Assembly: GCF_037042905.1 (NCBI RefSeq)
Contig: NC_087246.1
Span: 2,668,001-2,728,000, forward strand
Source: Lytechinus pictus
Lineage: Eukaryota
Reading direction: 5' to 3'
Length of the DNA: 60,000 nt
Shown: positions 14,232 to 25,920 of the stretch, piece after piece
Position numbering within the stretch: position 1 is the first letter of the stretch
How the letters are laid out: every line of letters begins with the position of its first letter
Position numbers and translations under genes: made by a program
The notes under the pieces: model-generated
Seen by the model: the letters and a program-made list of their open reading frames with translations, nothing else
What the model was told of the DNA's origin: nothing
The model's database searches: none

Positions 14232-15461
14232 ATCCCCTTTCACAATTGACGTACGACCATTTGCGACCTTTTGGTCGCGCGACAGGCTGCAACAGGCATC
14301 AATCGCTATTGATCTCATAAGATCACAAAGAGGTTTTCACAGTTGCAACAGCTGTCGTACAACAAAAGCAACCAGTAACCCCCGTGCACGAATAAGTCGC
14401 ATATGCTCGTAGTGTGCTCGTGCGAGTGGTCGTTCGATCACACGCGAGTTTTTCACGAGGGATTGCAAGTGGTTTCATATCAGTCTCAATAGTTGCACGA
14501 CTGATTGTATAGTCTTGAGAGTCGACGTGAGACAATGCGATTGCTCATACGTTTGAATGAAACCAGTGCGAGTGTTCGTGTGATTGATGTGAGGTATAGA
14601 CCAATTCGAACAATTCAGAGCAATATAATATAGCAGCCATAGGTTAACGGGCTGTCAGCCAATGTGCAATAAGCTAGGTGCGCGTATGTACATATCCTTT
14701 TGTTTGAATGAGCTAATAAATTAAACCTGCACCATTACAGATTTAGGTAACAATTAGCTATCCATAATTCAACTACAACCTTAGAAAAAGTTTGATTTAA
14801 ACCCAAATTCAGTATACGGGCCTATTTTTTTTAGGGAGGAATGCCCTTTACCCTATTTTCTCTAGGTTTTATTTAGGAAAAGTTTTATTTGTGTTTTAAA
14901 AGACACAAATATAAACTTATCTTGCCCTTTTAATTTCTTGCAGTTTATATTACAATTTTTTCTTATATTTTCTGCCCTCTCTTATTTATTCTAATCTCCT
15001 ATTTTGTAACACCGATGAACGGACGCATACATGCGAATGCAACGGTCATGACGGTAGTGCAATGTTGTAAGCCGTGTTGCGATCGGTCTTGCAAAAGTCT
15101 TATATATATATATATACATGTATATTATCGCACCCAGTCGCAAGACTGATCTCTATAGGTCTCTAGCACATGTGCAAGTGTTGTACGACCTCCAGTCGAC
15201 TAAATGCGACTACTTACACTCACACGATGATCGCCCGACCGATGGTACGATCTGATGCGAGTCAATCGATCGTATTTGATCGCGTTTGGATTTTGAACAT
15301 GTTCAAAGTTCAGGTGCGACCAGTCACGATCACCTCGAGTTCGTGCGATCGTCTACAACGAATGCGAGTGCTCGCAAGACACCAAGAGATCGATCGTGCA
15401 ACGAGAAAAAAACTGTTGCAGGCGGTCGTAACCTGGTCGTACGTCAATTGTGAAAGGGGCT
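14232..15461. mobile_element. Non-autonomous PIF/Harbinger-type DNA transposon (1.23 kb)
   Basis: TIRs a(t/g)cccctttcacaattgacgtacgacca / tggtcgtacgtcaattgtgaaaggggct. 3-bp TAA on both sides (14229-14231, 15462-15464). CpG-rich subterminal gtcgtacga/cgatcg motifs and an AT-rich core. Confidence 0.88.
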
Positions 15462-16454
15462 TAAGCTATGTTGTGTCTCCTTTTGTCATGTTCTTCATGG
15501 AATTTTCCTTACCCCATCTTCTCCAAGCAACAACGATCACTATGAATAATCCTCAATCACCCATCTCTCTCTCTCTCTCTCTCTTCCACTCTCTCACTTC
15601 CCGTCTCTCTCTCCTATTAATGTATGGCTATTTCCTCTATTTTCTCTCCTTGTTAGTGTGTGTGGGTGAAGGTGTGTTTGTGGGAGGTGTATGCATGTGC
15701 GAAGGTAAGAAGGGAGATATGATTACGGGGAAGAATTTAATATCACTCGCTCTGGGAAAAAAGTTGTCAGATACCCGTCAGTTGAGCAAGGGTCATGGAA
15801 AGAGATATTTATTGGTTTAGAGGGAAATCTGCAACGGTAATTTTTTTACAATACAGTGATTTTCCTTTTTTGGGGGGAAGTATACTATTTTCCTGCAAGA
15901 TCAAGGGAATTATTCCATCATTAGAATAACACAAAATTTGATTAAAAACTATAGGGAAAATAAAGAGAAATTTGCGATGAAAATAAGAATTATAAAGGGT
16001 GCTGTTGTGGTAAGATGTAAGATTAATGATCTTTTTCTTCTGTTTGCTTATTTCGTTTGGAAAATTAACAAATGAATTAATGTTTTATCTATAAAGAGAG
16101 ATATACGATAGTTTCAGATATTTTGTTAGTTGACTGATTTTAGTTAATTTGATAAAAGTTTGCATTGTATTTTGTTGTATTTGAATGGTTTAAAAAAAAG
16201 TCATTTGTATGTACAATTTGACATTCAGATTTTCATTGATTATTATGTATGATCTATTGAAATAACTTTTATGTTTGAAGAGGAAGAAATGACATATTAT
16301 CTTTTAAAAACAAAAAAGTGGTAATAGGAACCCACCGTTGACTTAAGTAGAACAGTACCAAACCGGGGACGTTTGGTAAAGCGTGACCGGATTTTGTTTT
16401 TCTAAAATCAAATGGCTGCAAGTCCAACAAAGGCTTTAATTTAAAGACTTTTTA

Positions 16455-16681
16455 AATAATAATAATAATATAGGGTATTTATATTGCGCACATATCCACC
16501 TTGTTAGGTGCTCAAGGCGCTCCTATATTACCCGGCTAAGCTAGGCGTTCATAGCGCATACAGCTTTTTAAGGAATTACTTCCTACCGGTACCCATTTAC
16601 CTCACCTGGGTTGAGTGCAGCACACTGTGGATCAGTTTCTTGCTGAAGGAAATTACGCCATGGCTGGGATTCGAACCCACG
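16455..16681 (-). mobile_element. tRNA-derived SINE, 5'-truncated (same family as 51036-51330)
   Basis: Reverse complement carries the B box ggttcgaatccc, the central gcactcaacccaggtgaggtaaatgggtacc block, an agcgccttgagcac tail and a (TAT)n end. Confidence 0.88.
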
Positions 16682-16850
16682 GAAAAAATGGGAAATAAGA
16701 GATTTGCACTGTACTTTCTTGATAACAATTAAATTTAACCTACACACACAAACATCCCGGGTTGTCTGCTATATACAGGTATGTATGTCCCCGCTTTTCA
16801 GCATTATGACATTGTTTTGCTTTTTTCACGGTTGGTGCCATAAGCTTCTA

Positions 16851-17035
16851 TGCTCTTAAAAATGTTGGGCAACCTACTGTCCACACAATAATTGGTTAAA
16901 ACTTTATCCAATTCTGGGTAGTTTTAAACCAATAATGTGTGTTTTGGGTGAAAACTACACAGTATTGGTTGAAAACTACCCAGAGTTGGATTTTGTTAAC
17001 CAGTGGACGGTATGTTGCCCAACATTTTAAGAGTG
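16851..17035. mobile_element. MITE with CAC-type (EnSpm/CACTA-like) termini, copy 1
   Basis: TIRs ctcttaaaaatgttgggcaac / gttgcccaacattttaagagtg flanked by TA. Highly similar to 40872-41067. Confidence 0.8.
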
Positions 17036-17825
17036 TATATTTGAGTATTCTTGTTACCCCCCCCCCCCCTCTCTCTATCTCTCTCTGTATCTCTTTCCAT
17101 TATCGTGATTGTCGCATAATGTTTCTTTCTCTCATAATATGTATGAACAATTATTCATTTATATTTTCTCTCGATAGATGACCAGTTGTAGTTATATAAA
17201 AGTTTTTAAAGCCCTGCGCACATTACATGTTCCTTTGCAATCAGATTTTCGATTTAATTATAATTTTATTTGATATGACCATTCAGACCTATAAAAAAAT
17301 ATTAACGATCAAATTTCCAAATAGTGGTATGAATACTGAAAAAGAAATTCCAGTATGAATTAAAGCTTCCCTGTAGCAATAAAAGAAAATTATATTCCAA
17401 TCTTAATGGCGTCTTCATCGGCTGCGACTTTAAACTAGTTTTGACTTTCTCCAACCACAAGGCTTGCAGAAATATAGAGTTCAGATTTTAGTATTCCTAC
17501 CCTTATACCAAACTTCAAATATGATAATTTAACATCTTGGAACTTTCACATTTTATGCCAAATGTGATTTGTTTTACAAAAAAAATAGAGTCGTATCTGA
17601 TCACTTAGTGTGTGCTTATCTTACAATGTGGCCTTGTATTATTAACCCATTATCCGGGTAAATCTTATTTCAGGTCAAGATGTGTTTTTCTTTGAAAGAT
17701 GCTAATCTATCATTATGAAAATAATATTATTAACAATTAAAAACATTATTCATAAAATTTGTAGATCATCACTCCGACAGACAATACCATTTAGACAGTA
17801 AGGTAGATAAAAAGGAATACTCTTT

Positions 17826-17831
17826 TTTATT
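17826..17831 (-). terminator. Candidate AATAAA polyadenylation signal of the nAChR gene (about 2.3-kb 3' UTR)
   Basis: AATAAA on the minus strand followed by a U-rich stretch. Other AATAAA copies lie closer to the stop codon, so the choice is uncertain. Confidence 0.25.
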
Positions 17832-20181
17832 GCAAATTATCAAATTTAACATTTACACAAGTAATATTATGATTGAACCAAGTGATGTATAGAAAATCTA
17901 TTTATAAAAGATAATTACGTGTCTTAATGCGCATTTCAGGAAACATTTTTTGCATGTTATAGTCATGACCCAGTCGTGAAATCACTTCTTTGATGAAAAG
18001 TCATGGATATAAAATCTAATAAAATTGTTTATTTGCAATTATTAATACCCTACAAAACAAGGTGTGATGGAAGAAAGATATTAGAAATATATTTACCAAA
18101 GGAATGAACTATCATTTTCATCGTTGGATGCTTGTTTTGCCAACGAGGCATGGTGATCTTAAAGGTACATTACTTTCATTATACATAAAGGCAATAAGTT
18201 GAATTTGAGTGGACTACGTTTTCCGTCATTGATGTTCATTTAATGTACACTCTAAATTGCATGGATTCAAAATAATCAAGATCGACTATGGGGACAAATC
18301 AAATTCTGGATATATCTGGAATTCTAAACATTTATTTTTTAAATCTCCAGGATTTCATTCATATTTAAAACTGAAGATTTTGTCGTTCCTCCTAATGAAA
18401 GGTTGTATGGGTATAATTACAAGGAGTCCACTGGTAGAAAGAATGTGCCATGTTTACATTAAATATTTCGCTTGAGATTGTGCTGTCAGTAACATATACT
18501 AAATTTCCGTAAAAGTTCCGTTTTCTAAATATTTCTGTTCGGGTTTTTTTTTCATTTATTGTCTACCTAAGGATTTTCAGGAACATTTGTATACCACGGG
18601 CGCATCTATTCATAAAATGAGATATTTTAAGACATGCTCATTAAATATACTTATATACTCTTGTTCATCTAGTTGTACAACTCCCCACAATGGTCTTGGC
18701 TTATCTTACCAACTTCTCATAACCGCTACTTGGATTAAATCATCATATAATTTTATCATCGATAACCTATTTTACGAATACATTATTGAATACGGGTATG
18801 AATAACAGGAAAGCCAAGGAAAGCACACTTGTTGTATAATAATGTATAATAAGTTATCATCATTCGAAAATGCACACAATTCTAATCCTAACAAATAATA
18901 TTTCTCAGAAAACTATATGGTTTCTGAAAGACACCAGGTTAAGAGTTCCACAAACGATGGACATTATCGGTCCAAATGGTGCTTTAAAATTAATATGACA
19001 CAGTTCATAAAGAAAGAGAATATTCCGACATCCTACGTTATCGGTAAAAATGCTTTTTTACCTTGACTATTAAATGTTATTTTAAATGTCATTTGATATA
19101 ACTTTGTAAGCATGTCATTGTGTACTTTTCAACATGCACTCGTTATTCAGCATAAGAAATAAAAAGAATATTATATATAATTATTGTATTTTTCCTACTT
19201 TTACTTCCAAACGACAAACAACATTATCATTTAGTCCCCATCTCAGCCCAGGCATTTAATATGGCAACCCTAACCATATTGCTAATTCAGAAGATCCTAA
19301 ATGGCATTGAGTGAAATAAAAATTGGCATCAAATACATGTATATGAATTTACTTGATTGTAGAGAAAAATAAGGGAGGTAATCCATTTCATTGCATCAAT
19401 GGATTTTCCCGAGTTCTCTGTCTGTTTTGGCGTGAAGCAAGCGGCAGAACTTAGCTCCGACACCGAATGCGGGTTTACAAAGTTATGTGAACCACATCAT
19501 CATCGTTAGCGGCGAAAATATGAATATTACCCTTACTTGTGAAGCGGGGTTCTGTTTGTTGCTAGTTTCTTTCTCCCTAACTCAAACACCAGCGTTCAAC
19601 ATTATACACGAAATAAATGGTTTGAACTTTCTTTGAATTTTCCTGGAAGACAATTCCCACTGTCGTATGAAATAGTTATAATGTTGTACAGAAGTTCTGC
19701 TTGTTTTTCTGTGAGAATCCGTGAAGAATATGTTTCTCCCAGCTATTTTGATTTCACCATCCCTTTCACATGATTAGATATCAAATTGACTTGATAATAG
19801 TTGGTTATATAGCAATGCATTTCTTGTATTGTTGTATTGCTACAATAACGTGTACAACAACAACAATAACAGCAGCACATAATGCAACAGACCGTACAGT
19901 TGGTCGTTGTCAAGTCTTTCTCATCATCATGGAAAACAGCAGTGCCTGTTTGTTACTTGGCTCTTAATGTTTGAAATTTGTGCATGTCCACTCACAAACT
20001 CTGTTCTGCTCGTGGTGATTGAGTCTGCTGCCAGAGACTGAATTTCCTCAGTTATCGCCATTGAGAAATGGTGACTATCTTTGATGACGGCTTCTGAAGC
20101 ACAGCTTCATATTTCACCGAAACACAGATACCCAGGAAAATATGTTTACCTCATACATGGTACGATAGTTTGAAATCCAAA

Positions 20182-20388
20182 TTACTCAATTACTATTGGT
20201 GGGGTGTAATTAAGTGGAAGACCGTTCATAGCCCAGTCCTCGTAGCAACAGAAAAGTTCGCGGAAAAAATCAGTAGCCAAGGGAGCTTGAAAGATGATGA
20301 CGACATTTCCGACGAAGATACCACAAATGTAAATGATGAGGAAGATACGGTCTATCACCATGGCCACAAACTTCCAGTCTTCCTTTTC
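20182..20388 (-). CDS. nAChR alpha subunit terminal exon 7 (M4, C-terminal tail, stop)
   Basis: Acceptor ttttttatacag|. Translates EKEDWKFVAMVIDRIFLIIYICGIFVGNVVIIFQAPLATDFFRELFCCYEDWAMNGLPLNYTPPIVIE then TAA. The DWKFVAMVIDRIFL motif is diagnostic. Confidence 0.96.
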   Translation of the reverse strand, partial: EKEDWKFVAMVIDRIFLIIYICGIFVGNVVIIFQAPLATDFFRELFCCYEDWAMNGLPLNYTPPIVIE

Positions 20389-20820
20389 CTGTATAAAAAA
20401 TGAAATAAACAATGAATAGGGCAGAAATTAGAACAATCACAGAAGGGTTTGATTACTTGTTAAGGTTTAAAAAAAGGGAGTACAAACATGACAAAAATTG
20501 AGGCAGAAAAGAAGTTTTGGATCGGTGTTCTTTTTTTAATCATTTTATTCTACATTAATTTCAAGTTCATTCTTTCAGTTATTCCATACCTTTGTCTCTT
20601 GCTCTTTCCTTCTTTCCTTCCTTATTTTCTTATCATTTCCTCCCCTCTCCCATTATTTCATTCACGCGAAAAGGTTGTTAACATTGAGGCAAGTTTTGCA
20701 TTTCAATTTGTCATTTGGTGTTACAGTATATCATGTTTGTACATATATATTGATTCTCTCTTTGAGGAAATTAAATGATGATAGATTGAGAAAAAAGTCA
20801 GGGCAATGAAAGAAGTATAC

Positions 20821-20966
20821 CCTTAAACTGTCTTCCTCACTGGCGCATCTCCATGTCAGGTACATAATTTCCTCTACAGCTTTGTGAATGACCATGGCCT
20901 CATTCTCTTCCTCATCAGCAGACGTCAGCAACGGAAGATACTGACCACGTCTGTATTTACTCGTAC
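20821..20966 (-). CDS. nAChR alpha subunit exon 6 (intracellular loop, MA helix)
   Basis: Pyrimidine tract ctcttttttctccatt then GAG| acceptor, donor |gtatac, 146 nt. Translates (G)TSKYRRGQYLPLLTSADEEENEAMVIHKAVEEIMYLTWRCASEEDSLR. KAVEEIMYL matches the MA helix and the phases fit both neighbours. Confidence 0.85.
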
Positions 20967-21441
20967 CTCCAATGGAGAAAAAAGAGTGTACGATATATAT
21001 ATAAATTTTCAATAGGAGTTGATATTGGTGTAGGTGGGTGGGTAATTGTGTTTGTAAATATTTGTTTGACAGAGAGAATAGGTGAGTAAAATAAAAGTGA
21101 CTACTCTTTGAACAAAAAATGTCTCATGATACCACGTTCTTGTATTTTTCCACGCGTAATTCAAACTTTTTACTGATGAATGTTGTATCCTCAAAGATCG
21201 TTAAATATATTTAAGTCCCAGTAGCGCCTTTCCATAGGCCTATTTTGAACTGACGACAGACAAGATCTATGTCCTCATACATGTCATATCTGCTAATTTA
21301 TTCATTCTCATTTGGCTCCAAAAGAAAAATGCTTATATATAGGTGAATAAACCCGAGTGTTTCCCACTGAAAGCTACATTTTGGGGAATTTTTTAATACG
21401 GGCAGAGAAAGCTGATAGGAAACATCTTAAATTGTAGTTAC

Positions 21442-22322
21442 CTGCGACTTCATCATCCGAGTCTTCATTGTCCATCTGGACATCCACCTCCCTTCGCATT
21501 CTCACAGAATAGCTGTTTCCTTTATTTTCCATTACTAGTCTATTCGAGTCTAGAGCACCGTTTGCCATAGCGTCTCTTGTTAAATTGATTCCAACATGTC
21601 GAAATCGTTTACTGTACTGAACTGGTCGGCTCATGCCAAGAAATCCGGGTATTATGTCAATAAATATTCGGCGCACCCAACGAGGCATTTTGTGTGCGTC
21701 CGGAGATCTAAAACGAACATTTAGCACGAACACTGTTAGGACAATTGACGAAGATACAATCAGCATGGTGAAAAGAAGATACTTAACAATGAGTGGGAAG
21801 TGGTTAGCATTGGCTGGGATCTGGGATGTAATGAGCAAAAGGAAGACGGTCATAGATAGCAGTACCGACATACACAGTGCCATCTTTTCGCTGATGTCGG
21901 GTGGTAAATAAAATACGAGAACTGTGTTAAACGAGATGAGGGCACATGGCACCAAAATGTAAGCGAAATAATACAATGGTTTTCTCCGTAACGTTATTGT
22001 GTAGGTTATGTCAATAAAGGTTTCTTCGCAGCATTCGTAAGTGACCGCATGTCGTTCTCCAGGTGTTTGGATAATCTGCCATTCGCCGTTGTCCCAGTAG
22101 TCCCGTATGTCGGCTTTTTCCGAGATCGGTGTCAAGTCCATGACTACCCCGTCGTAAGTCCAGGATCCAAACTTCAGCAAGCAGTGCTGTTCATCGAATG
22201 GGTAGTAGGCTACATTGATATGACAGGAACTTTTGTATACTGCGGGTGGCCACCATGTGACTAGTCCTGTGTATTCAATACCTGCCCATGAAGCTGATTG
22301 GATGTCAAAGTCTCCGTCGGCA
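21442..22322 (-). CDS. nAChR alpha subunit exon 5 (loop E, Cys-loop, loops B and C, M1-M3, start of intracellular loop)
   Basis: Acceptor cttttaaccag|, donor |gtaact, 881 nt. Translates ADGDFDIQ...WWPPAVYKSSCHINVAYYPFDEQHCLLKFGSWTYDG...YECCEETFIDITY...EKMALCMSVLLSMTVFLLLITSQIP...DSDDEVA(G). Cys-x13-Cys loop and vicinal CC define an alpha subunit. Confidence 0.97.
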
Positions 22323-22619
22323 CTGGTTAAAAGTAAAAGAAGAGAAAATGTCTCAGGCCTGTTAACAAAAGTACTTGGCTTAGGTCACAGTGCATATCCA
22401 GTAAAATTAAAAGGTGAAATACCCATGTATCAATTCTTGTAAGAAGTTAATCCTAATTACCAAGAGAGTCATTTTATTATTTGTCAAGTACTTGATATTT
22501 ATAGGCATTCTACTACGTTGACATCTAGTAGAGATTGATCCAGGTTGACTTAATAAAACGCTTGATTTACTTTGTCTACAAACAGTAAGTTGTTCTACTT
22601 CTCAGGCAGGTTATTTATC

Positions 22620-22900
22620 TCATTGACTAATCCCATTTGGTCTAGCATCAATTTGGTCGAATTTCCGTTAAGTGTACATTTCACTTGGTCTAATACCCAC
22701 TATAAAGACTGCATTGTCATTCATGGTCTAGATTTCCATTTTGTATACTAATTTTCTTTTTGCACTTTGTCAAATGGAAGTTTGTTTCATAAACATTTCA
22801 CCTATTCACATCAATCAAGTGGTGTTAGATCATTTGGTTATTAGACAATAAAGGAAACTAGACTAAGGGGTGCAGACCATGATTGTGGCAATACACCAAT
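22620..22900. repeat. Degenerate small foldback or MITE remnant in intron 4
   Basis: Repeated ttggtcta units on the left, mirrored by tagac-type units on the right. Confidence 0.35.
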
Positions 22901-23417
22901 AAAACTATAATAAAAATACTACTGGAGGTCTTCTCCTTTTTTATACGAGGTATTGTTTTTTTTTTTGGGGGGGGGTCTATTTTTTTGTTTAACAAGGTGA
23001 TATATATACTCGCCCTATTACAATAAGAGGCCCTATGTTAGAAACGTAATTAGCATGGAAAACAGAGGGAGGAAAATCAACCAACAAGATCACCAGTCGA
23101 ACTCTTCATTCATTTCTAAATATCCCATTCGTTAGCTGGGTATCATTTAGCGGAAAAGATATGTCGCCCCTACAAAGGTCTAATAATGGAATTGACTAGT
23201 ACTGTTTTGTCTAAATATGCTTATACGTAAAACAATGTTGAAGTTGAATTCAAATTTAAATGGTCATTTATCATTGCTAGATCAAGTTCAAGAAATTTCA
23301 GACCTTTTTCTCATCACTCAAATAAAATCCAGTGTACTCTGATGAGATTCTTTAATGCGATATTATTTCTAGACATCCAACCTTCTGAAAGCATATTCCA
23401 GATGAAAAGAAACTTAC

Positions 23418-23527
23418 TTGTTATAAAGGAGTATGTCAGGTATCCATAAGCATTCGTTTGGAACTTTAATTTTTGTGATTCCTCCGTATTCTGCAGGATC
23501 CCATTGAAGACGATAATCATTCCATTG
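23418..23527 (-). CDS. nAChR alpha subunit exon 4 (loop A)
   Basis: Acceptor atctaacag|, donor |gtaagt, 110 nt. Translates QWNDYRLQWDPAEYGGITKIKVPNECLWIPDILLYN(N). Confidence 0.96.
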
Positions 23528-25920
23528 CTGTTAGATATGCATAAAATAATTATTAAACACAAGTTAATGATTTTGTTTGCGACACATTTAATACAAAATA
23601 ATGAGAATCCTCATGACAATATTATTACTTTATTTCAATTTACAAAAAAAATGAAAATTATCTTTAGTAGAATTTGTGTACTTGTCAACGCAGAAGAATT
23701 GCTTTCTATGACCGAAAACCTGAAAACTTGCATTTCTTTCAATGCTAGCGAAATCATATCAAGGAAGTTACATCTTGACTCCATATTGAGATCGAATGAA
23801 ACCCGGGACATTACTTAAAAAAACATAATATATTCACTCTTTCATAATTTCCCTTTATGATACCTCTTAGAAATATTTTTTGGTTACAGTGATTATTCCA
23901 AAGACAGACATGCACTATGAAGCTAGAAAGCTAAATATAATTTGAACGGTGTGGTCGTGAGCCTTGGAAGCCCCGAGGCACTGGATTGTCAGCATACCTA
24001 CTATCATCTCTACCCAGAGCACTCCAAAGACTGTATCAACGCATAGACTTGAGGTTTATTTGGGTCACTTCATGTAGACACAAAAGTTTTCCCATCATCC
24101 CTTTTTACAAGAAGGTCTATCTTTTCCGAAATAAGATCATGGCAAAAGACAAGACATGTTAAATGGTACAGCTATTTCAAGCTTAACATTCAATCGTTAT
24201 TTGACTGGCGCTTGTGGGCCGGGGGGCGTAGTCTGAGTGTGCGTGTGTGTATGAGTGCGTTGGGGTGTGTTTGTGTGAGGGTGTGCGCGCGCACCTACGT
24301 ACCTTCATCACGGAGAATATTCAATGAGGTGCGCTGTATTGAAATTATAATTGATAATATATTTATATTTTGGTTCGCTATGGTTTTAGAAACTGCTGTA
24401 AGGATGACTTTTACATAAGCATATTATTTGTTTCCTTTTTCTGGAAAGCATATGAATCATGTTAAGGCGTTAATTTACTATTATGAAAAATACTTGCACA
24501 CGTACAATCATCGATACAGAGCAGTCGCCTTAATATAAGTGAACATAATTTAAGTTCTCGAACCAGGTGACTCCTACAAAGGGCTTTATGAATTAAACAT
24601 ACACTGTAGGTCATTATACTAGGCACATCAGAATGAAGGAGGGTTATGATGATTCATGTTTCGAAAAGACCGGCACAGAGGAATGATTACTTTCCTAGGT
24701 CAATAATTCATGTACTTTTTTTTTTCATTGACTAATAATAAAAACCCGTAGTCATTCAAACAACACTTGTTTAATAACATTTCAAAAGCTACACCGAAAA
24801 CTTCCGTGCCTCTTGTATATATATGATTTGGAGTGTTTATTACGACTCTATAAGAAAATGTAAACAACAACACAGTTATGTTGATTGTCATAGTATTAAA
24901 AGAGAGTGCAACATGCTACGTTCGTGTTTGTAACATTGTCATATTCCAGGAATTTTATTATTTAAAACGTGAATCTTAGCAAAAGGAACGTGATGTAAAT
25001 GCTAAGACTTATTTCCAGGGATTGACGCTTAATATATCGTCACTTCATTTTCCAGGGTACAGTGTGGTGTTCGATATCCTTATTACGGTTGGCCAATAAA
25101 TGTTCTGCATAACTGCATTACAATGGCACGCGTGCATGATATGTGTTCATAATGCAACATGATATAATATTGAGATTAAAGAACAAATCGAGAGACGCGA
25201 ACATTCGGAAAGACAAAATGTACTTTTCAAAAGTTAAATATTTGTCACATAAAACATTGAAATTAACTACTAACATTCGCCACGGAAGGGAATTAATAGG
25301 AACCTCATTTTTTAATATGTTATAAATGAACTCAATAATTAACCTTAACCAAGCGCTGGCGACATTATTCTCTTTTACTGATGACAATTTGAAATGAACA
25401 ATCTGATAATATCAAAAGTTTAATTTTCTTTTTAGAAAAAAAAAGTATTTTATACAATATTAAATTATTTCATGCAGTGGTTTATTACTTGTGCTGCGAA
25501 TTGTAATGGGTGATGATAATCATTTTTATAAACCAATATGCTTGGATGAGATAAATATGCATGTGACGTTGTATTTTTTATAAATACATAAATACATCTG
25601 CTTATGGTAGCGGTCTCCAGCATTTTTTTTGTCTACTCAACAACGTACAACTTATAATATTGCAAACTAATACTATCTGTATACTTTTTTGCCAATGAAT
25701 TATTATTTGTATTTATTTTTGTAAAAAGAAATGTATCACTATTTTTTTTATGTTGTACATTATGTTAATAATTTCTGTTTGAAAAATGCTGAAATAAAAT
25801 AAATCAAATCAAATCAAATCTTAGAAACGTCTCTTCAATTAGAAAACAAATTGAGCGGATTCGATATTTCATCATCAACGAAACTTAGAAATGAATCAAA
25901 CGTATCATCTTATCTCATGG

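Noticed and set aside
15170..15820. 216-aa ORF
   Set aside because: Runs through a transposon arm, its TIR and a CT microsatellite; no transposase or other domain motifs.
21374..22180. 268-aa ORF as a complete single-exon gene
   Set aside because: It is the interior of exon 5; the true boundaries are splice sites at 22322 and 21442.
21633..22442. Plus-strand ORFs 21633-21911, 22049-22264 and 22233-22442
   Set aside because: Antisense shadows of the receptor exon with no recognisable motifs.
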